Shown here piece by piece: positions 21,074 through 31,988 of a DNA stretch of 53,708 nt. The first letter of the stretch is position 1. Each line of letters opens with the position of its first letter. The notes beneath the pieces were generated by a model. The model saw only the letters and a list, made by a program, of their open reading frames with translations. It was not told where the DNA came from and made no database searches. The position numbers were made by a program, and so were the translations under genes. The DNA is from Candidatus Microgenomates bacterium (GTDB taxonomy: Bacteria; Patescibacteriota; Microgenomatia; UBA1400; UBA12108), in the NCBI GenBank assembly GCA_003576945.1, contig QEVC01000004.1:1-53708 (forward strand), in the 5' to 3' direction.

Positions 21074-22564
21074 TTACTGCCCTACTATAACACGAGCTAC
21101 CCAGACTCCATAGACTATGTGTGTTGAGCTAACGAGGGTTTTTGTGGTATCTGATGATGGGCGATATGGGTGTGCGAGATATGAAATTAGGCTGGGGTGA
21201 GCAGGTCCGCGATTATAGATGGCAGGACTATTAACATCCTCCTCGGTGCAAGGTCTATCCTCGCAAATAATATAAAGTAAGTCTGAAGCCTCATTGGTGG
21301 GAGGGTTATTTAACTTATGGAGATAGAATAAGTAGGTAGTTTCGCGAGAGTTATCATATGCGGCTACGACGTTATATTTATGATCCTTTGCATCACGCAT
21401 GATATAGCCTGCAACTTCCCTCCCCTTTAATTTTTGGTGGGAATCGCCGGCGGTCATATTGGCGTAGGTTACTGGCACACTGTGAATAAGCCAGACCACA
21501 AAGAAGATTACGCCGAAAATGCGGACAATTTTTGAACCTGAGGCAAAGACGGCTGCTATAGCTAGTGAAATGATCGGAAAGAGATAACCAATATAGTGAG
21601 GATGTATCGCGTCACGCAAAATTGAGGTACCAGCAACTGAGACGAGAATAATTATTAATAAGAAGTTGTAGGTCGACTTTGCAAGGCCTTTTTTGGGTAG
21701 CGTAAACTTTGTTAAAACGAGCAATATCGCGCTTAAGACTACCATAAAATTTGGTGTAGTATTGTTGGTTAGTGTTTTACTAGCAATAAGATCGGTAATT
21801 ATTTTTAATCCGTTTTGAATAAAGCGTGAAAGGTAGCTAGGAGTATTTGGATCTGAGCCTCGCTCGGAGATGATGAAATTGAAGAATGCTTGCAGATTAA
21901 TCCAATCGTGCCTAATTTCAAACACCCAAAATGGAAGTGAACTTATAAAAAATCCACCAATGATTGTAATTAGCCCCTTTACTGAGCGCGACTGGTAGAG
22001 AAGGGACAAAGTAAGTGTAGCGAAAAATAACATCGCGACGTAGTGGAGTTGGAAGAGAATCCCACCTAGTAGGCCTAAGAATAAATATTGTTTTTTGTCG
22101 TAGGTAAACAACATGAGAAGTGCGATAAAAGGAATTAGATTGGGATTCCATGAACTTTTGGTGTAGTGAATAAAAATTGGAGATAGTGACATAACTAAAG
22201 CAGCTGCAACGCCTACCCACGCTGAGAACATACGTCTGCCATAAAAATACAACCCTATACTAGTTAGGATCCCGCTTAGCGCGATCATAATCGCGGGCCC
22301 GACTGGATCTCCCCCGGCAAGGAGTAAGCCGGGAACCATAAAATAGTAATAGATCGGGCCGAGATACATATTGCCGACTGAGGTTTGCGGGCCGAGCAAA
22401 GTGGGTGAACCTGTCTCAATCATGGCGCTGGCAATCATCGCATCGCGACCCTCATCGTTATGAAAGGTATGAAGCTCGTTAATACGATATAGATGAGTAA
22501 TAGAGCTGATAATAAAAATCCCCAAAACTATGAATGATGTGCGTAGATTTAGTTTTGAAATCAT
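21074..22564 (-). CDS. GT-C membrane glycosyltransferase
   Basis: NDEGRD, LGPIYYY and SSWNPN motifs; ATGA overlap with the upstream gene. Confidence 0.8.
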   Translation of the reverse strand: MISKLNLRTSFIVLGIFIISSITHLYRINELHTFHNDEGRDAMIASAMIETGSPTLLGPQTSVGNMYLGPIYYYFMVPGLLLAGGDPVGPAIMIALSGILTSIGLYFYGRRMFSAWVGVAAALVMSLSPIFIHYTKSSWNPNLIPFIALLMLFTYDKKQYLFLGLLGGILFQLHYVAMLFFATLTLSLLYQSRSVKGLITIIGGFFISSLPFWVFEIRHDWINLQAFFNFIISERGSDPNTPSYLSRFIQNGLKIITDLIASKTLTNNTTPNFMVVLSAILLVLTKFTLPKKGLAKSTYNFLLIIILVSVAGTSILRDAIHPHYIGYLFPIISLAIAAVFASGSKIVRIFGVIFFVVWLIHSVPVTYANMTAGDSHQKLKGREVAGYIMRDAKDHKYNVVAAYDNSRETTYLFYLHKLNNPPTNEASDLLYIICEDRPCTEEDVNSPAIYNRGPAHPSLISYLAHPYRPSSDTTKTLVSSTHIVYGVWVARVIVGQ

Positions 22565-23256
22565 AAACTTTGCCATAAAGCGACACTTTCTCTTAGGGCT
22601 TTATACATTACACTTGGGTGGTTGCCAGTTTGATGACCATAGGGTCTTGGATAATGAGTAACTGGCACCTCTTTGTATTTGTATCCCTTCTTTATTAGCT
22701 TGTGGAGGAGTTCGGTTACAGTGATTGCACTTTCGGTGATCAAAGTTAGCTTGCTTAAACATTTTTTGGGAATTAATTTGTAGGCACAATCGACATCTTT
22801 GACTGTTAAGCCAAAGAGTAAGTAGTTCCAGACCCGAAGAAAACCTTGGGCAATGATTAGACGGATCAATGGGTCACGACGTTTCTTGCGATAGCCAATG
22901 ATAAAGTCGGCAGACTCGCGATGCGAGATAAAGGAGGACAGTTCTTCAAAACGAAATTGACGATCGGAGTCAGTAAAGAAAATCCAATCGTAACGAGATG
23001 ATTTGAGCCCAGTCTTGACGGCTGCACCATAGCCCCGATTACGCAAATGATTAATGAGTCTAATCTCCTTGTATCTTTCGGAGTATGTTTTGACAATCCT
23101 CGCAGTTTGGTCTGTTGAACCATCGTTAACCACAATGAGTTCCCATTTTTTTGCCAAGGGTGGGACATATTTTAAAACATCTTCGATAATCAGACTGATA
23201 TTGGCTTCTTCGTTATAGGTGGGAACGAAAATAGAGAGTGAGGAGAGTTTAGTCAT
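22561..23256 (-). CDS. Polyprenol-phosphate glycosyltransferase (DPM synthase-like GT2)
   Basis: NDGSTD, NRGYG, TDSD and DVDCAYK motifs. Confidence 0.85.
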   Translation of the reverse strand: MTKLSSLSIFVPTYNEEANISLIIEDVLKYVPPLAKKWELIVVNDGSTDQTARIVKTYSERYKEIRLINHLRNRGYGAAVKTGLKSSRYDWIFFTDSDRQFRFEELSSFISHRESADFIIGYRKKRRDPLIRLIIAQGFLRVWNYLLFGLTVKDVDCAYKLIPKKCLSKLTLITESAITVTELLHKLIKKGYKYKEVPVTHYPRPYGHQTGNHPSVMYKALRESVALWQSL

Positions 23257-25000
23257 TATTGCTTTCTTGCTCTATTTTTCTATTAATTAACATTATACGA
23301 TCACGTTCGTAGAGAATTATCTCATTGTTTTCATACAAAACTTTAAAGGCGGGGTCAGATTTGATTTTATCATTGATAATAGAGAAGTCCTCGTCACTCT
23401 TACGAAGATACCAATACCTCACATCTATATCTTGTGGAACTAGTAACCATGGTCTGATCACGATCTGCTCACGCTCGGTAGCACTCACCCGCGTCACGTC
23501 GAGTTGGTCAATATCAGTAAAATAGGTGGGTTTGCCACTAAAAGCAGAAATATAGGCATCTTTTTTGTGACTGTGAGTCACAAAAACATTGCCGCTCGGT
23601 AGACTTTCCAGATACTCAAGCGCCTCTAACTCAGCTTGAGTAGTAACCCTCTGTGGTTCAGACAAATATCTGAACTGATCAAAGTGCGTCGGAACTGTAG
23701 CTGCAACAATCAACATGATTAATATGTATGATAAAATCCGATTTTTAAATACGGTCAGCAGCCTAAAGAGCGCATCTGCAGCAAAGTATGAAGAGAGGAA
23801 GATGGCGTAATAAAGAAATTGCATTGTATTGTAAAAGCTACCGCGCTGGACAAAGAGAATTGGGAATAGAGTAAGTACAACGATTGTGATGAGGAGAGCA
23901 GTGTCGAAAAGGTTCCACTGTTTATTCTTTATTTTTGCAATGATGCTGTAAACCGCAATAATTCTAGTACCATAATTAACTAACAAAAATAGAATAATGT
24001 TTAGCGCTTCGATCGCTACTAACCTTGGGGAAACACCATGAGCCGTTAAAAAATAACGAGCATTGGTTAGGTACTGGTTGTAAAACAAATTAATGTCTTC
24101 TGTCATGTGGTGGGTAATCGCAAATGGATCGTAGGCAAAACCGGAATTAGCCAACTCCTTAAAGGGGTTGTAAAACCAAACAATGCTCAGGAGGACGCCT
24201 AGCGCAGTCGGAAGCAAAAGATCCCAAAACCTTTTAAGTGAAGCGGTTTTGAGAACTTGCCAAGTACCATAGACTCCGACGAGTAGAGTTAAAACGAAGA
24301 CAGCATAAAATTTGAGACTTACGGCAATGGCAGACAGAACCAACAGAGCTAATGCCTGTAATGGAGTACGAGATTTAAGCTGCATAAGGTAAATCACTAC
24401 AAGGAGAACAAGGAGGGAATAGGCGTACTGCATATTGAGAAATACAGTAGTTGGCTGAATACTCGTTACCACTGGAAAACCGGCGAGTGTTGAGTAATAT
24501 AGGCCGCGACCTATGTAGAGTGAGATTAAATAGGAGAATGAGGTTCCGAGCAAGGCAAAGAAAAGGAAGGAGTTGAGATAGATGTTACTCTTGTTATAGA
24601 GGCGACTATTTTTGAAAAGAAAGTAAAGATAAGGTGGGAAAAAGATCATGGGAAGGATTTTAAAGAACATATCGATCGGGGAGATGCCAATTTTTGAAAC
24701 AAGATAGACTAGATAGTCTAGTAAATAATTGTACCCATCGAGTACTGCCCCAGAGTAGTTGGGGTGCATTAGTGGAAATGAGTTAAATGACATTTTAATT
24801 AGTGCGAGGTGCCAGATGTAGTCATGCTTATGCCACTGCCCTATCCAGAGGCCACAGATATCTCCTTCACAGCGATAATTACCATTTGTCACAATAAAGG
24901 AAAGCGCGAGAAAAACGCCTGTAAGGACAATTAGCAGAGTAAGTTGGTGGGTCTTGAGCTTTTTGACAATAGATTTGAGCTTAGATGTATATTTCTCCAT
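23249..25000 (-). CDS. Polytopic membrane protein, probable GT-C
   Basis: C-x4-CG...HKHDYIWHLAL and GYNY motifs; paralog of 26173..27849. Start at 25000 chosen from -10 spacing. Confidence 0.65.
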   Translation of the reverse strand: MEKYTSKLKSIVKKLKTHQLTLLIVLTGVFLALSFIVTNGNYRCEGDICGLWIGQWHKHDYIWHLALIKMSFNSFPLMHPNYSGAVLDGYNYLLDYLVYLVSKIGISPIDMFFKILPMIFFPPYLYFLFKNSRLYNKSNIYLNSFLFFALLGTSFSYLISLYIGRGLYYSTLAGFPVVTSIQPTTVFLNMQYAYSLLVLLVVIYLMQLKSRTPLQALALLVLSAIAVSLKFYAVFVLTLLVGVYGTWQVLKTASLKRFWDLLLPTALGVLLSIVWFYNPFKELANSGFAYDPFAITHHMTEDINLFYNQYLTNARYFLTAHGVSPRLVAIEALNIILFLLVNYGTRIIAVYSIIAKIKNKQWNLFDTALLITIVVLTLFPILFVQRGSFYNTMQFLYYAIFLSSYFAADALFRLLTVFKNRILSYILIMLIVAATVPTHFDQFRYLSEPQRVTTQAELEALEYLESLPSGNVFVTHSHKKDAYISAFSGKPTYFTDIDQLDVTRVSATEREQIVIRPWLLVPQDIDVRYWYLRKSDEDFSIINDKIKSDPAFKVLYENNEIILYERDRIMLINRKIEQESNND

Positions 25001-25007
25001 CGGAATC

Positions 25008-25015
25008 ATTATAAT
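25008..25015. promoter_or_regulatory. Palindromic ATTATAAT: overlapping -10 boxes for two divergent leaderless genes
   Basis: TATAAT on + lies 6 nt before ATG 25022; TATAAT on - lies 7 nt before ATG 25000. Confidence 0.6.
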
Positions 25016-25021
25016 CTACTT

Positions 25022-26176
25022 ATGAGTGAGATTCGTAAATATCTTTTAGTGGTAATAATCGCATTAGCTAGTGTTTTTGTCATCTGGAGTCCGTTCGCTC
25101 TACGAATAGAGCAGTTTTGGGGTATTAATTTTAAAGACAAATCGATGTTAACTATTGCCCAGAATTATGATGCCATGAACTTCCTCGTAGTTGCTCGAAG
25201 TTGGTATGATCCAACAATAATCGAGCAGAACTATGGGACTTTGGTTGGAGAGCGTGGCACTAGATATTTTGCGGCACACTACCCACTGTATGCAGGAGTG
25301 ATTGCTTTTTTTGATCTCTTCTTGAGTGGACCCTACGCCATCTACGTGAGTATATTGCTAAGTAACATACTCTTTGCAATCAGTTTAATCATATTCTTTA
25401 GGCGGTTTGCCACGGATAAGCGGATGATTATTCCGCTTGCCATACTCGCCATATTCTTGCCACCTAGAATACTCCCCTTACGTGCGATTGGATCTAACGA
25501 GTTTTTATGCCTAACTTTTATACTATTATCAATAGTTTCACACGACCAGAAAAAACATAGTCTGAGTGCAATACTTGGTGCGCTGGCAGTGCTGACTAGA
25601 TCCCCGGCGATCTTATTGTTTGGAGCGTACGTGATAGAAATAGTCTGGAAGAGGGGTGGGAAGATAAAAGAGATTCTTGGGAATTTGTCTCCGTATCTAA
25701 TGATGCCACTAGCCCTGCTTGTCCTGTGGAGTTATTACGGGATTGTGTACGGAGACATGCTCGCCTACTTTAAGGTGGGAGGCAATCTTAACCTATATGT
25801 CCCACCCTTTATGGTGTTTGGATCGGAACTGCCATGGGTATCTGGATTCTGGCGAGAGGACATTATGTATTTGTACATTTTTATCATGATGGGAGTCGGG
25901 CTACTTTGGGAGAGAAGTCGAAGAGAACTTAATTTAAGGTTAATTGCAATATTTTCGAGCATTTATGCATTCTCACTGTTTTTTGTAGCCCACCGCGATG
26001 TTTCGAGATATAGCATCTTAATCGCGCCACTTTTGGTACTCGGTTATGGCCCGTATATTATTAAGTTCCGTTTCCACTGGTTATTATATGTCTTGTTGAT
26101 CCCTCTTGTTTTGTATAGTTGGAATTTTATTTTGGGCAATATCCAACCAATCGCTGATTGGACGCCTTTTCTATGA
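25022..26176 (+). CDS. PIG-V-like GT-C membrane glycosyltransferase
   Basis: NYDAMNF, AHYPLY, LTRSPA and RY motifs; multi-TM. Start moved to ATG 25022. Confidence 0.7.
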   Translation: MSEIRKYLLVVIIALASVFVIWSPFALRIEQFWGINFKDKSMLTIAQNYDAMNFLVVARSWYDPTIIEQNYGTLVGERGTRYFAAHYPLYAGVIAFFDLFLSGPYAIYVSILLSNILFAISLIIFFRRFATDKRMIIPLAILAIFLPPRILPLRAIGSNEFLCLTFILLSIVSHDQKKHSLSAILGALAVLTRSPAILLFGAYVIEIVWKRGGKIKEILGNLSPYLMMPLALLVLWSYYGIVYGDMLAYFKVGGNLNLYVPPFMVFGSELPWVSGFWREDIMYLYIFIMMGVGLLWERSRRELNLRLIAIFSSIYAFSLFFVAHRDVSRYSILIAPLLVLGYGPYIIKFRFHWLLYVLLIPLVLYSWNFILGNIQPIADWTPFL

Positions 26177-27849
26177 ACTATCGCAAAATATTGCTAGGCA
26201 TTTTTGCTCTTTTTTGTTTGATCATAAGCTTGATAGTAATAATGCCTAGCGGCATGAGTAGATGTGAAAATAACGCTTGTGGTGATTACTACTACGGCGC
26301 ACATGAGCATGACGGAGTTTGGCATATCGCAGTTTCAGAAATGCTTATTAACAGTGGCAACTGGCAAATGCCAACTTTTGCCGGTGAAAACCTAACAGGC
26401 TACAACTATGGAATTGATTTACTGGTCGCAGGATTGTCGCGCGCAACGACAATCAGTACAAAAGATTGGTACTTTAGAGGGTTGCCGCTCTTATGGGGAC
26501 TTGGAATTATTTATTATCTTTTCCAATTTGCAAAAAGATACAGGCCAACCCCGAGCTTCCCGTGGTTCTTGTTAATATTTAGCTTTTTTGGAAGCTCATT
26601 CTCGTATGCTTTAAATCTATTTCATAACGGAACCATCTGGGGATCGAGTGGACTATTATCGATGCAGGCATTACAGGTAATGACCAATCCTCAACTTGGT
26701 TTGTCATTACTACTCCTACTAGTGTACCTAAATAGATTGATGGGTAGTCATAAGACAAGCTATAAAGAGAGTCTAGTTTTGGGATTGCTAGTCGCTGCAT
26801 CTTTTGCACTCAAATTTTACACCGGGGTTATATTGGCATTTATAGTTTTTGTTAACTTTATTCTAGAGCTTAAATCTAATTCTAAAAATTGGTTTCAGGA
26901 AATTTCTCGGCATTTAGTTATGGCCATACCAGTTCTACTGGTTGCAGTCTGGTTATATCAACCAAGTGGGAAACCCTTCCCTCTCGTATGGAAACCTTTT
27001 GCGACAGTTGCCCCGCTCATCGAAGATTCACAGTTATTTTATATATCAATCTGGGCTCAGCGATTATATACAACAAGTGGAGTTGCATTATTTGGACTTA
27101 ACTTGCTAATTACCTTGATCTTTATTGTGATGAATTATGGAGTCAGATTTGTAGCCCTATTTGCTCCATTAATTAAGAAGAGGGCTGAGAGCAGTCGCAC
27201 ACTTACTTTACTAATTACTGGTTCGGTAGTAGGACTTTTAATTAGTGTGCTTTTTGTGCAAACTGGAATATGGTGGAATACCGTACAGTTTCTACACGTG
27301 TCGTTATTCTTAAGCGGCATTATCGCGGCAGAAGTTTTTGACCAGCTATATGTAGCAACAAAATGGAGATTTGCTAAAGCTTCATTGCTTATCTTACTTG
27401 TTGCCGCGTTACTTCCCAACAATCTGGATGTAATCAGAACCTTTACAAGCTCTAAAGGTACTAGCTATGTTTCAGAACAAGAAATCGAGGCACTAAATCA
27501 TTTAAGGGATCTTCCCGAGGGTATTGTATTTACATCTTTATTTAAACCTGGTGAGCAGACTTCAAACACTACCCCCCTGCTATCACATCGTTTTGATACG
27601 GCTTACGTTACAGCTTACTCTGGCAAGGTAACTTATTTTGCAGACTTAACTCAATTACAACTACTATCTATCCCCTACACGGAGCGCGAAAAAATGGTTG
27701 CGAGCTATGATTGTCAAATACTTAAAGAAGTAGATTATCTATACGAAGAACATCGGAACCGTTACTTACACCTATTTTCTGGTTGTAGTGCGGAACTAAG
27801 AGAGCGATTTAGGAACGAGTTTGTATCGATTCATGAGATTGTACAGTGA
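26173..27849 (+). CDS. Polytopic membrane protein, probable GT-C
   Basis: C-x4-CG...HEHDGVWHIA, GYNY, KFY and NTVQF motifs; ATGA overlap with the previous gene. Confidence 0.65.
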   Translation: MNYRKILLGIFALFCLIISLIVIMPSGMSRCENNACGDYYYGAHEHDGVWHIAVSEMLINSGNWQMPTFAGENLTGYNYGIDLLVAGLSRATTISTKDWYFRGLPLLWGLGIIYYLFQFAKRYRPTPSFPWFLLIFSFFGSSFSYALNLFHNGTIWGSSGLLSMQALQVMTNPQLGLSLLLLLVYLNRLMGSHKTSYKESLVLGLLVAASFALKFYTGVILAFIVFVNFILELKSNSKNWFQEISRHLVMAIPVLLVAVWLYQPSGKPFPLVWKPFATVAPLIEDSQLFYISIWAQRLYTTSGVALFGLNLLITLIFIVMNYGVRFVALFAPLIKKRAESSRTLTLLITGSVVGLLISVLFVQTGIWWNTVQFLHVSLFLSGIIAAEVFDQLYVATKWRFAKASLLILLVAALLPNNLDVIRTFTSSKGTSYVSEQEIEALNHLRDLPEGIVFTSLFKPGEQTSNTTPLLSHRFDTAYVTAYSGKVTYFADLTQLQLLSIPYTEREKMVASYDCQILKEVDYLYEEHRNRYLHLFSGCSAELRERFRNEFVSIHEIVQ

Positions 27850-28872
27850 TGACACAAGCACGAGATAAACAAAGGGAATAGCGATCATAAAGTATCTCGG
27901 AAAGGGAGCCTGTACCCCTAAATATAAGAGATAAGTAGCAGGAATAACACCCCAGAAGGATCGCTCAATAACTCCTAGAATTAATCCTAAGGGCCAGAGT
28001 GGTGTCCAGAGATTTGTGTGCAGCCAAGATAAATCTCCCCACCAAGTTTTCCACCAACCAGTAGTAAAGAGAATAGCGGAAGCGCCAAAAAAGCTAGCAG
28101 TACTGTGATCGACGAAAAATTTCCCCATTCGCAAAACATGCCAAAAAATGTTAAAGAAACCCCCCCTGAGAGCAAATGCCTGAATATAGGTAAGGGTAAA
28201 AACAACAAAGGCCACCAGGAGATGCTTGAAATATTGCCAGGAGAGTTCTTTGTTTAGCAAGAAGCGTAGCGTGATAATCCCAACAATAAATATCGCGGCG
28301 GCAGGAAACTTAAAAGATGCCAGTAATCCAAGAATAATACCACTTCCTAAACTGCCTGGTCTTTTGGTGAAATAATATAGATAGATTAGAAGAAGCGCGG
28401 ATTGTCCCAGATCTAGCAAAGTGACGCCCAAGACATCTTGGAAAAGCGGGTCGATTAGAAGGCCAAGGGCGGCGAGTAAGCCGAATAGACGGTGATGCGT
28501 TAGATCTGTCCCCAATTTTGCAGTATAGAGTAGGAGGAGAAAGCCCCAAATGAGTTGGATCACAAGTGGGTTGTTTGTTAATAGTGTACTTAAACCGAAA
28601 AAATACTTGCCGAGTGGTGGATGTTCAAAATTTTCGAAAGCAGGATCGCCTCCCCTAAAATATAGAACACCAGTGGCTGCATAGATATCTTGGTCTGAGA
28701 GAAAGAGCCTGTTCCCTGCGACTTCGTAGGGAATGTCCTGTGAGAGATAGAACTGGCGGGTTAAGTCTTCGTTAAAACGATGTGTCAGGATATCTCCACG
28801 AAAGGTGATTACGTATAGTAGATATATCGTTGTTAGAACTAAGAGATGCCAATTTTTGCTTATTGCCAACAT
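27796..28872 (-). CDS. PMT-like GT-C membrane glycosyltransferase
   Basis: SDQDIY, NFEHPPLGKY and FPRY motifs. Confidence 0.75.
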   Translation of the reverse strand: MLAISKNWHLLVLTTIYLLYVITFRGDILTHRFNEDLTRQFYLSQDIPYEVAGNRLFLSDQDIYAATGVLYFRGGDPAFENFEHPPLGKYFFGLSTLLTNNPLVIQLIWGFLLLLYTAKLGTDLTHHRLFGLLAALGLLIDPLFQDVLGVTLLDLGQSALLLIYLYYFTKRPGSLGSGIILGLLASFKFPAAAIFIVGIITLRFLLNKELSWQYFKHLLVAFVVFTLTYIQAFALRGGFFNIFWHVLRMGKFFVDHSTASFFGASAILFTTGWWKTWWGDLSWLHTNLWTPLWPLGLILGVIERSFWGVIPATYLLYLGVQAPFPRYFMIAIPFVYLVLVSSLYNLMNRYKLVPKSLS

Positions 28873-28877
28873 TTACC

Positions 28878-30050
28878 TTACTTCTTCTTCCAAACAATAT
28901 GGGAGTAGGCAAAAAAGTTCCAGAACATTCCTACGAGAATACCGGTTACGGCAAACATAGCCCCAGTATCTAAGGAAAAGTTGAAAGTAGAAAGTTGAAA
29001 GGTAAAAAGAGTATAAAGACCAATAAATTTTTCACCTAAGAAGGCAATGGTTTGTTGAATTAGGATGGAGCCGCCCGAAGCTAAGTTAAATTGAAAAAAC
29101 TTGCCAGGAATTTGAGTAGGTTTTAATTTGCGATCCTTGAAAGTCCAGGCATTGTTCCAAATAAAGTTGCTAAGAACCGCTGTTTCAATTGCGAGAAAAA
29201 AGGCTAGTTGAAATGAAGGTAGAGCCCTACGATAAAAGTGAAGCGCAATAAACTGAATGGCTGCGCCACTTCCGCCAACGATGACAAATTTTAAGAGTCG
29301 TGAATGGAGCAACTGGCTAAGCCTAACTTTCATAATATACCTCATGGTGTTAATAATGTATTCTGGACCCAACTTGGATGCCCCTTGCTCCCGATCACGG
29401 AAGTAAAATGGTACCTCGGTAACAGTATAGCCGCTTTGAAGAGTTTTAACCAGAAAGCCTATTTGCCAAGTGTATCCTTGGAAGGCGTGATGTGATAGCT
29501 CGGGAACGATCTTTTCGACCACGTCGCGAGTGATCGCGCGATAGCCTGTGGTCCAATCTCTGATTTTAAAGTTACCCATGAGAACCCTTATAAAAATATT
29601 ACCGATGACTGACAAAAACTTGCGATACCAGGGCCAGTTATTCGGTATTCCCCCACCCGTCATATAACGTGAGCCAAGCACCAGTTGACTACCTGATTCG
29701 ATTGCACTAAGCATGAGTGGGATCTTACTGGGATCGTGGGAGAGGTCGGCATCGAACTCAAAAACAATATCTGCTTTTAATTTATCTAATGCGTAGATCA
29801 TACCCTTTTTATAGGCATGGCCAAGTCCACCTTTGCGCTTGTTTTCGAGTAATTTAACATAACTATATTTTTTGATTAAGTTTTTGATGATTTTACTAGT
29901 TCCATCTGGACTTTGATCGTCAACAAAAAGAATGAGTGGATCGTACTGGGACTTTAGTGTGGCAAAGATCTTACCTAGGGCATGAGAGACTGGTGCGACG
30001 TTACCAGACTCGTTGTAGGTTGGGATAATAACAACAACTCGTTTAATCAT
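28878..30050 (-). CDS. Polyprenol-P-mannose synthase-like GT2 fused to a GtrA-like membrane domain
   Basis: PTYNE, DDQSPDGT, DADLSH and DWTTGYRA motifs; C-terminal KFVIVG...NFIWNNAWTF. Confidence 0.85.
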   Translation of the reverse strand: MIKRVVVIIPTYNESGNVAPVSHALGKIFATLKSQYDPLILFVDDQSPDGTSKIIKNLIKKYSYVKLLENKRKGGLGHAYKKGMIYALDKLKADIVFEFDADLSHDPSKIPLMLSAIESGSQLVLGSRYMTGGGIPNNWPWYRKFLSVIGNIFIRVLMGNFKIRDWTTGYRAITRDVVEKIVPELSHHAFQGYTWQIGFLVKTLQSGYTVTEVPFYFRDREQGASKLGPEYIINTMRYIMKVRLSQLLHSRLLKFVIVGGSGAAIQFIALHFYRRALPSFQLAFFLAIETAVLSNFIWNNAWTFKDRKLKPTQIPGKFFQFNLASGGSILIQQTIAFLGEKFIGLYTLFTFQLSTFNFSLDTGAMFAVTGILVGMFWNFFAYSHIVWKKK

Positions 30051-31006
30051 AAGGATAGGTAGTAATCTAGGGTATTTTTTATGCCTGTTTTAAAATCTAC
30101 TACTGGCTCCCAGTTTAAGATTTCTTTGGCTCGTGCAATGTCTGGTTTGCGTTTTTTAGGGTCATCACTTTGGACATCAACCTGTACAGTCGCGAGCTGA
30201 GCCCCGATTACAGATTCAAAAATACGAAGTGCCTCGGAGAGAGTGTGTTCGGTTGGGTTACCAAGATTGATAACATTGCCAATCATTGCATCTGATTCAT
30301 AAACTTTGGCGATGCCACCAACTAAATCGTCAATATAACAGAAAGAGCGAGTAATAAGGGCCATATCGCCGTGCAAGCGAAATGGAGTTTTATTGAGATA
30401 AGAGGCAACGAGATTAATGGTGAAGCGCCCATCATCGAGACGCATCCGGGGCCCATAAGTATTAAAGATGCGAATAATCTTGGTTTTAACACCATACTCG
30501 CGATGATAAACCATGGAGAGGGCTTCCATAAATCTTTTGCCTTCGTCATAGCAAGCGCGCACCCCCGTACAGCTCACATTGCCGCGGTAATCTTCGGTTT
30601 GAGGATGCACAAGTGGATCACCATAAACTTCGCTAGTACTCGCCAGGATGATCTGGCAATTATTGGCTCGGGCCAAATCAAGCAGGTGCTTGGTGCCCTG
30701 GGAAGTGACCATCATGGTTTCGACCGGGTGAGACATATAGGAGACAGGACTAAATGGATTGGGAGAAGCAGGGGTCGCGAAATGAAAGATAGCGTCGAGG
30801 TTAGAAATCTTATGTGGGAGAGGTAGGCTGCAGTCGTGCTCGATTAGCTGAAAATTAGAGTTTTCGAGGTAGGGTTTTATATTATCCCGGCTACCTGATA
30901 AGAAATTGTCGAGACAGATGACACTGTGCCCTGCGTTTAAAAAGTGTGCAACGAGGTGACTACCGATAAAACCAGCACCGCCGGTGATCAAGATTTTTTT
31001 AGTCAT
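30047..31006 (-). CDS. uxs: UDP-glucuronate decarboxylase (UDP-xylose synthase)-like SDR
   Basis: GGAGFIGSH, ASTSEVYGDP, CYDEGKR and RIFNTYGPRM motifs. Confidence 0.85.
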   Translation of the reverse strand: MTKKILITGGAGFIGSHLVAHFLNAGHSVICLDNFLSGSRDNIKPYLENSNFQLIEHDCSLPLPHKISNLDAIFHFATPASPNPFSPVSYMSHPVETMMVTSQGTKHLLDLARANNCQIILASTSEVYGDPLVHPQTEDYRGNVSCTGVRACYDEGKRFMEALSMVYHREYGVKTKIIRIFNTYGPRMRLDDGRFTINLVASYLNKTPFRLHGDMALITRSFCYIDDLVGGIAKVYESDAMIGNVINLGNPTEHTLSEALRIFESVIGAQLATVQVDVQSDDPKKRKPDIARAKEILNWEPVVDFKTGIKNTLDYYLSL

Positions 31007-31019
31007 AAGTACCGAGTAC

Positions 31020-31988
31020 CTAGTTTTTTTCAAGTTCTAGGTCAGATTCGACCATGAGTCTAACTAGTTCGTCAAAACTGGTTTTGGGGACCCAGCCTAG
31101 TTTGGCTTTGGCTTTGCTAGGGTCTCCAATCAAATGATCTACCTCAGCCGGACGATTGAACCTTGGATCATTCCAGACGACCCTACTTTCCCAGTCTTTA
31201 ATACCGGCAACAGCAAAGGCCTTCTCGACAAACTCTCTCACTTCATGAGTTTCACCGGTTGCGATAACATAGTCGTCAGGGGTGTCCTGCTGAAGCATTA
31301 GGTGCATCATTTCAACATAATCTTTGGCGTATCCCCAGTCACGTTTGGCATCGGGGTTTCCGAGATATAATTTGTCGACTTTGCCGTACTTAATTTTGGC
31401 GACAGTATTACTAATCTTGCGGGTTACAAACTCGAGTCCACGGCGAGGAGACTCATGGTTAAAGAGGATGCCTGAGACAGCGAAAAGATCATAACTCTCG
31501 CGGTAGTTAACCGTAATCCAGTGTCCATAAACCTTAGCTACCCCATAAGGTGAGCGAGGATAAAAGGGTGTACTTTCTTTTTGGGGGATTTCGACAACTT
31601 TGCCAAACATCTCACTGCTACTGGCCTGATAAAACTTGGCTGTCGGCTTACTCATGCGCATCGCATCAAGCATCCGAGTCACACCGAGGGCGGTAGACTC
31701 ACCCGTAAACATGGGTTGCTCCCAACTCGCTTTGACAAAACTCTGGGCCGCAAGGTTATAAATCTCGTCGGGATCTGACTCCTGAATGGCTTTAAACAGG
31801 GAGTATTGATCAAGTAGATCACCGGAGATCATATGAAGAGAGTCAACGATGTGGCTGATGCGCGAGTGATTGGGGGTACTGGTCCTTCTGGTTAGACCAT
31901 AAACCTCATAACCTTTTTCGAGGAGGAGCTCGGCTAAGTAAGAACCGTCTTGCCCGGTAATACCGGTAATAAGTGCGCGCTTTGTCAT
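31020..31988 (-). CDS. gmd: GDP-mannose 4,6-dehydratase
   Basis: [31 protein letters not shown] and RDWG motifs. Confidence 0.95.
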   Translation of the reverse strand: MTKRALITGITGQDGSYLAELLLEKGYEVYGLTRRTSTPNHSRISHIVDSLHMISGDLLDQYSLFKAIQESDPDEIYNLAAQSFVKASWEQPMFTGESTALGVTRMLDAMRMSKPTAKFYQASSSEMFGKVVEIPQKESTPFYPRSPYGVAKVYGHWITVNYRESYDLFAVSGILFNHESPRRGLEFVTRKISNTVAKIKYGKVDKLYLGNPDAKRDWGYAKDYVEMMHLMLQQDTPDDYVIATGETHEVREFVEKAFAVAGIKDWESRVVWNDPRFNRPAEVDHLIGDPSKAKAKLGWVPKTSFDELVRLMVESDLELEKN

